Positions 60,083 to 64,000 of a DNA stretch of 64,000 bases are shown in pieces. Source of the DNA: Alphaproteobacteria bacterium (GTDB lineage: Bacteria > Pseudomonadota > Alphaproteobacteria > UBA828); assembly GCA_965220745.1 (NCBI GenBank), contig CBDCQT010000010.1, positions 1 through 64,000 on the forward strand. The letters are read 5' to 3'. The position numbers were made by a program, and so were the translations under genes. The notes under the pieces were generated by a model, which saw nothing but the letters and a program-made list of their open reading frames with translations, ran no database searches and was not told where the DNA came from. Every line of letters begins with the position of its first letter. Positions within the stretch are counted from its first letter, which is position 1.

Positions 60083-60129
60083 AATGCCCGGAACACCCCC
60101 GGGCCTTGATCCGGGGGCCGAGCATGACG
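60083..60129. repeat. REP palindrome, inverted relative of 42719-42751
   Basis: rc catgctcggcccccggatcaaggcccgggggtgt versus catgaccggcccccggatcaagtccgggggtgt. Confidence 0.7.
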
Positions 60130-60401
60130 ACGTGGGGCAATAGCCCGGTCTTGGCTCAGGACTCCACGCCACGCCCGGCCGTGAGCTCGTGATTGTACCG
60201 TGCTGCCTCGGCGCGCGCCTCGGTCCCCCCCTTTCGCCTCGCTCTCCGCGTCGGAGAGCTCCTCGACGGTATGCACTTGACGTTCTCGCCGTTTCCTGGC
60301 TCATACGCTTGGATTGAGATAATCGCGCGTCGGTTCCTTCAACAGCGCCAATTGGAAGATCTCAATGATGCGCTGCTTTATTTAGGAGGGGAGTATCGGT
60401 T

Positions 60402-60926
60402 TTGAGTGCTTACTTTGAGTGGAATGAGGATTTGCCATTTCTTGCACAACAAAATCGAGAGGTCTTTGCGCGTTTTGGCCTAGCAATGTACTACTCACAG
60501 TGCTTAGAAACACAAATCGGAATTATGCTGTCCACAATGTACAATGTGAACTTTTTTGACAGTTCTATGGAGGAACGAGATATTTTCTTTGAGAAAAATT
60601 TGTCTAAGACACTGGGCGCAATGGAGAAAGATCTTGAAAATAGAGCGTCGCTACCGCCTAATCTAGAAGTCAAGTTGAAAGATGCAGTTAAGCTTAGAAA
60701 CTGGCTAGCGCATCGCTATTTCTACGAGCGCGGAAAAGATATCCTGCTGTCTGATGGGCGAGAAAGAATGATTCTAGAACTTCAAGAGAAGGTTGATTTT
60801 CTGAAGAACGTAGATGAGGAATTCGTGAACATACTGAAAGTGTGGCGGCGCGATAAGGGAATATCCGATGAGCAAGTACAAGAAGAAATGCAAAAACTTC
60901 TCTCAGACTCCAACATAAGCTTCTGA
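60402..60926 (+). CDS. AT-rich orphan with a HEPN-like Rx4H motif
   Basis: Helical protein; KTLG...AVKLRNWLAHRYF; strong RBS; TTG start. Confidence 0.6.
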   Translation: MSAYFEWNEDLPFLAQQNREVFARFGLAMYYSQCLETQIGIMLSTMYNVNFFDSSMEERDIFFEKNLSKTLGAMEKDLENRASLPPNLEVKLKDAVKLRNWLAHRYFYERGKDILLSDGRERMILELQEKVDFLKNVDEEFVNILKVWRRDKGISDEQVQEEMQKLLSDSNISF

Positions 60927-61163
60927 ATGAATATTTCAGATTTTCTATAGATTGGCTTGCCTCTCTCTGCGGCACTCATTGAGCAAAGCGTGTTTGAGCA
61001 AGAACAAGCTGAGAGAGATTCGCTGGAGTCCATAAACACTCTAATCGGCTATTGCCCCCTATTCCACTAATGAGCGTGCGCTTCCTGCAACATGCTATGG
61101 TCACCAGCCACCTCCACAAAGGTTTTCTAGGGGATGGCGTAAGCGAGAGGAGCCACCGCCACA

Positions 61164-62336
61164 ATGACCTCCAACCGAATTCCGGGCCTGGATTTCGGGC
61201 TCGGCGAGACGGCCGACATGATCCGCTCGTCGGTCGAGAGCTTCGCGCAGGCCGAGATCGCGCCGCGCGCCGAAGAGATCGACGCGAGCAACGAGTTCCC
61301 GCGCGACCTCTGGCCCCGCATGGGCGCGCTCGGGCTGCTCGGCCTCACGGTGGAGGAGGAGGAAGGCGGCAGCGGCCTCGGCTACCTGGAGCATTGCGTC
61401 GCCATGGAGGAGGTGAGCCGCGCGTCCGCCTCGGTCGGCCTCAGCTACGGCGCGCATTCCAACCTCTGCGTCAACCAGATCAGGCTCAACGGCACCCCCG
61501 CCCAACGCGCGCGCTACCTGCCCAAGCTGATCTCGGGCGCGCATGTCGGCGCGCTCGCCATGAGCGAGCCGGGCGCGGGCTCGGACGTGGTGGGCATGCG
61601 CACCCGCGCCGAACGCCGTGGCGATCGCTACGTCCTCAACGGCTCCAAGATGTGGATCACCAACGGGCCGGACGCCGAGGTCCTGGTGGTCTACGCCAAG
61701 ACCGACCCGGACGCCGGCAGCCGCGGCATCACCGCCTTCCTGATCGAGCAGGGCATGGCCGGCTTCTCCACCGCCCAAAAACTCGACAAGCTCGGCATGC
61801 GGGGGTCGAACACCTGCGAGCTCGTGTTCGAGGACTGCGAGGTGCCGGCGGAGAACGTGATCGGCGAGGAAGACCGGGGCGTCAACGTGCTGATGAGCGG
61901 GCTCGACTACGAGCGCGCGGTGCTTGCCGCCGGCCCCCTGGGCATCATGCGCGCCTGCATGGACATCGTGCTGCCCTACGTCCACCAGCGCCAGCAGTTC
62001 GGCCGGCCCATCGGCACCTTCCAGCTCATGCAGGGCAAGATCGCGGACATGTACACGGCGATGAACGCGGCCCGCGCCTACGTGTACGCCGTGGCGCGCG
62101 CGTGCGACCGGGGCGAGACCAGCCGCAAGGACGCCGCCGGCGCCATCCTCTTCGCCGCCGAGAAGGCCACCTGGATGGCGCTGGAGGCGATCCAGGCGCT
62201 GGGCGGCAACGGCTACGTCAACGAGTTCGCCACCGGCAGGTTGCTGCGCGACGCCAAGCTCTACGAGATCGGCGCCGGCACCAGCGAGATCCGCCGCATG
62301 CTTATCGGCCGCGAGCTCTTCGAGGAGACGGGATAA
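61164..62336 (+). CDS. ivd: Isovaleryl-CoA dehydrogenase
   Basis: [28 protein letters not shown] and [15 protein letters not shown] motifs. Confidence 0.9.
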   Translation: MTSNRIPGLDFGLGETADMIRSSVESFAQAEIAPRAEEIDASNEFPRDLWPRMGALGLLGLTVEEEEGGSGLGYLEHCVAMEEVSRASASVGLSYGAHSNLCVNQIRLNGTPAQRARYLPKLISGAHVGALAMSEPGAGSDVVGMRTRAERRGDRYVLNGSKMWITNGPDAEVLVVYAKTDPDAGSRGITAFLIEQGMAGFSTAQKLDKLGMRGSNTCELVFEDCEVPAENVIGEEDRGVNVLMSGLDYERAVLAAGPLGIMRACMDIVLPYVHQRQQFGRPIGTFQLMQGKIADMYTAMNAARAYVYAVARACDRGETSRKDAAGAILFAAEKATWMALEAIQALGGNGYVNEFATGRLLRDAKLYEIGAGTSEIRRMLIGRELFEETG

Positions 62337-62387
62337 GCGCACGCCGTCCGCGCCGCACTGCAACCCGACGAGGTGTCTGCCCTGATA

Positions 62388-62490
62388 GGGGCCGGGCCGG
62401 AGGCCCGGACGGCGCGACTGCGCCGCGCGCGAAGCGCGTAGCCAAGCGAGCGGAGCGAGCGCCCGGCGCCTGAGGGAAATGAACGAGTCA
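62388..62490 (+). repeat. Dispersed repeat, copy D, between convergent genes
   Basis: ggccgggccggaggcccggacggcgcgac...gccaagcgagcggagcgagcgcccggcgcctgagggaaatgaacgagtca. Confidence 0.8.
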
Positions 62491-64000
62491 ACGCGAGGCC
62501 CGCAACTCGGCTGTTGCCGGTGCGTCAGACCGTTCGACGAAGGCGAAGCCCGCGTATCCCTTCGCCACGACCTCGTCGCATTTGCGCACGTAGTCCGGGA
62601 AGCCGATGTAGGGCATGAAGACGGGCGCCTTGCCCGGAATGTTCGAGCCGATGTACCAGGACTTGGTCTTGGTATAGAGCGTGGCGTCGGCCACCTCGTT
62701 GACGTGGGCGACCCACGCATCCTCCGCCTCGACGGTCGCCTCGACGCAGGCGTAACCGTTCTCGCGCATGTAGCCGATGCAGTCCGCGATCCATTCGACG
62801 TTCTGTTCGATGGACTGGACCATGTTGCTCAGCACCGATGGGCTGCCCGGCCCGGCGATGATGTGGAGGTTGGGGAAGCCTGCGGTCGCGACGCCGAGCA
62901 GGCTTCTCGGACCCTCTTTCCACTTTTCGGCCAGCGAGCGGCCCCCGATGCCGCGAATGTCGATGCGGGTCAGGGGGCCGGTCATGGCGTCGAACCCGGT
63001 GGCGAAGATCAGCGCGTCGAACTCGTAAGCGCGGTCGCCCACCTTGAGGCCGGAGCGGGTAATCTCCCCGATCGGCGTCTCGCTGACGTCGACCAGGGTG
63101 ACGTTCTCCCGGTTGTAGGTCGCGTAATAGTCGGTGTCGACGCAGGTCCGCTTGCAGCCGATGTGGTAGTGGGGCGAGAGCAGCTCTGCCACCGCCGGGT
63201 CGCGCACCGTCTCGCGAATCTTGGAGCGGACGAACTCGGCCGCCGTGTCGTTGGCCTCCGCAGTCGCGAAGAGATCGGAGAACGCGCCCAGGAAGCCGAT
63301 GCCGCAGGTCTGCCAGCGCTCTTCGTAGACGGCGTCGCGCTCCTCGGGGCCGACCTCGAACGCGCCGGTCTCGCCGACGGCGAAATCGATGCCCGAGCGA
63401 TTCTGCCGGGCGCGCGCCCGAAGGCCCGCGTAGTCCGCCTTGACCGCCTTCTGCACCTCCGGCTCCAGCGGCGCGTTGAAGGCGGGAATGCTGTAGTTCG
63501 GCGTGCGCTGGAAGACGAAGAGATGCTCCGCCTGCTCGGCGATGAGCGGAATGCACTGGATGGCCGAGGAGCCGGTGCCGATGATGCCCACCCGCCGGCC
63601 CGAAAAGTCGACCTCTTCCTCGGGCCAGTCTCCGGTGTGGTAGGTCACGCCGGCGAAGGAGTCGACGCCCTTGAAGTCCGGAATGTTGCGCGCGGAGAGG
63701 CAACCGCTCGCCATGATGCAGTGGGTCGCCGTCACGCGCGCGCCATCGTCGGTCTTTACAGTCCAGTGCCCGGCCGCCTCGTCGAAGGTCGCGGCGGTGA
63801 CGCGGGTGTCGAAGCGGATGTCGCGGCGGAGGTCGAAGCGGTCCGCGACGTGGTTGAGGTAGCGCAGGATTTCGGGCTGGGTGGCGTAGCGCTCGGTCCA
63901 CTCCCACTCCTGCTGCAGCGCGTCGTCGAACTGGTAGGAATACTCCATGCTCTCCACGTCGCAGCGCGCGCCGGGATAGCGGTTCCAGAACCAGGTGCCG
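62488..64000 (-). CDS. Baeyer-Villiger monooxygenase (5' end outside window)
   Basis: GTWFWNRYPGARCD at the edge; FAGVTYHTGDWP fingerprint; GTGSS; ATGFDA. Confidence 0.9.
   Translation of the reverse strand, partial: GTWFWNRYPGARCDVESMEYSYQFDDALQQEWEWTERYATQPEILRYLNHVADRFDLRRDIRFDTRVTAATFDEAAGHWTVKTDDGARVTATHCIMASGCLSARNIPDFKGVDSFAGVTYHTGDWPEEEVDFSGRRVGIIGTGSSAIQCIPLIAEQAEHLFVFQRTPNYSIPAFNAPLEPEVQKAVKADYAGLRARARQNRSGIDFAVGETGAFEVGPEERDAVYEERWQTCGIGFLGAFSDLFATAEANDTAAEFVRSKIRETVRDPAVAELLSPHYHIGCKRTCVDTDYYATYNRENVTLVDVSETPIGEITRSGLKVGDRAYEFDALIFATGFDAMTGPLTRIDIRGIGGRSLAEKWKEGPRSLLGVATAGFPNLHIIAGPGSPSVLSNMVQSIEQNVEWIADCIGYMRENGYACVEATVEAEDAWVAHVNEVADATLYTKTKSWYIGSNIPGKAPVFMPYIGFPDYVRKCDEVVAKGYAGFAFVERSDAPATAELRASR

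Overview
High-GC window (about 70% by eye), probably from an alphaproteobacterium (inferred from the pcm-tolC and priA-tal-xerC gene order and GTCATGCCCGG-type REPs). It has four parts. (1) 1-~10 kb, minus strand: a compact Mu-like virion structural operon with protease, capsid cement, major capsid, gp36, gpG, gp37, tail tube, tail chaperone with a T10 run, a very short 269-aa tape measure, Dit-like protein and a DUF1833 fusion. No terminase, portal, transposase or repressor is present in the window. Its 25-bp promoter-like dyad recurs exactly 29.5 kb away with the same spacing to a -10 box and near-identical spacing to an ATG, which suggests a domesticated, GTA-like system. (2) 10.7-39.1 kb: host metabolism, including an HpsN-like dehydrogenase plus SDR, TolC, Pcm, PriA, transaldolase, XerC, hydantoinase A/B, a racemase, an FMN hydroxy-acid oxidase fused to DUF1674, and pyrBCD/F/E. 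(3) 39.7-61 kb: a mobile hotspot with IS1380 nested in IS4 inside a REP, three tandem RHH genes, BrnT/HTH toxin-antitoxin, a frameshifted MobF relaxase, and a lower-GC six-gene overlapping operon (ParB-like, PD-(D/E)xK, SNF2, ParB-like, radical SAM, GHKL ATPase). That operon is the best candidate for an undescribed defence or DNA-modification system. It is followed by an integrase truncated by IS3, a GIY-YIG gene next to a REP, and a HEPN-like gene. (4) 61-64 kb: isovaleryl-CoA dehydrogenase and a partial Baeyer-Villiger monooxygenase. A ~110-bp dispersed repeat occurs four times, once in frame inside the phage protease. All family assignments are by motif recognition; no searches were run.
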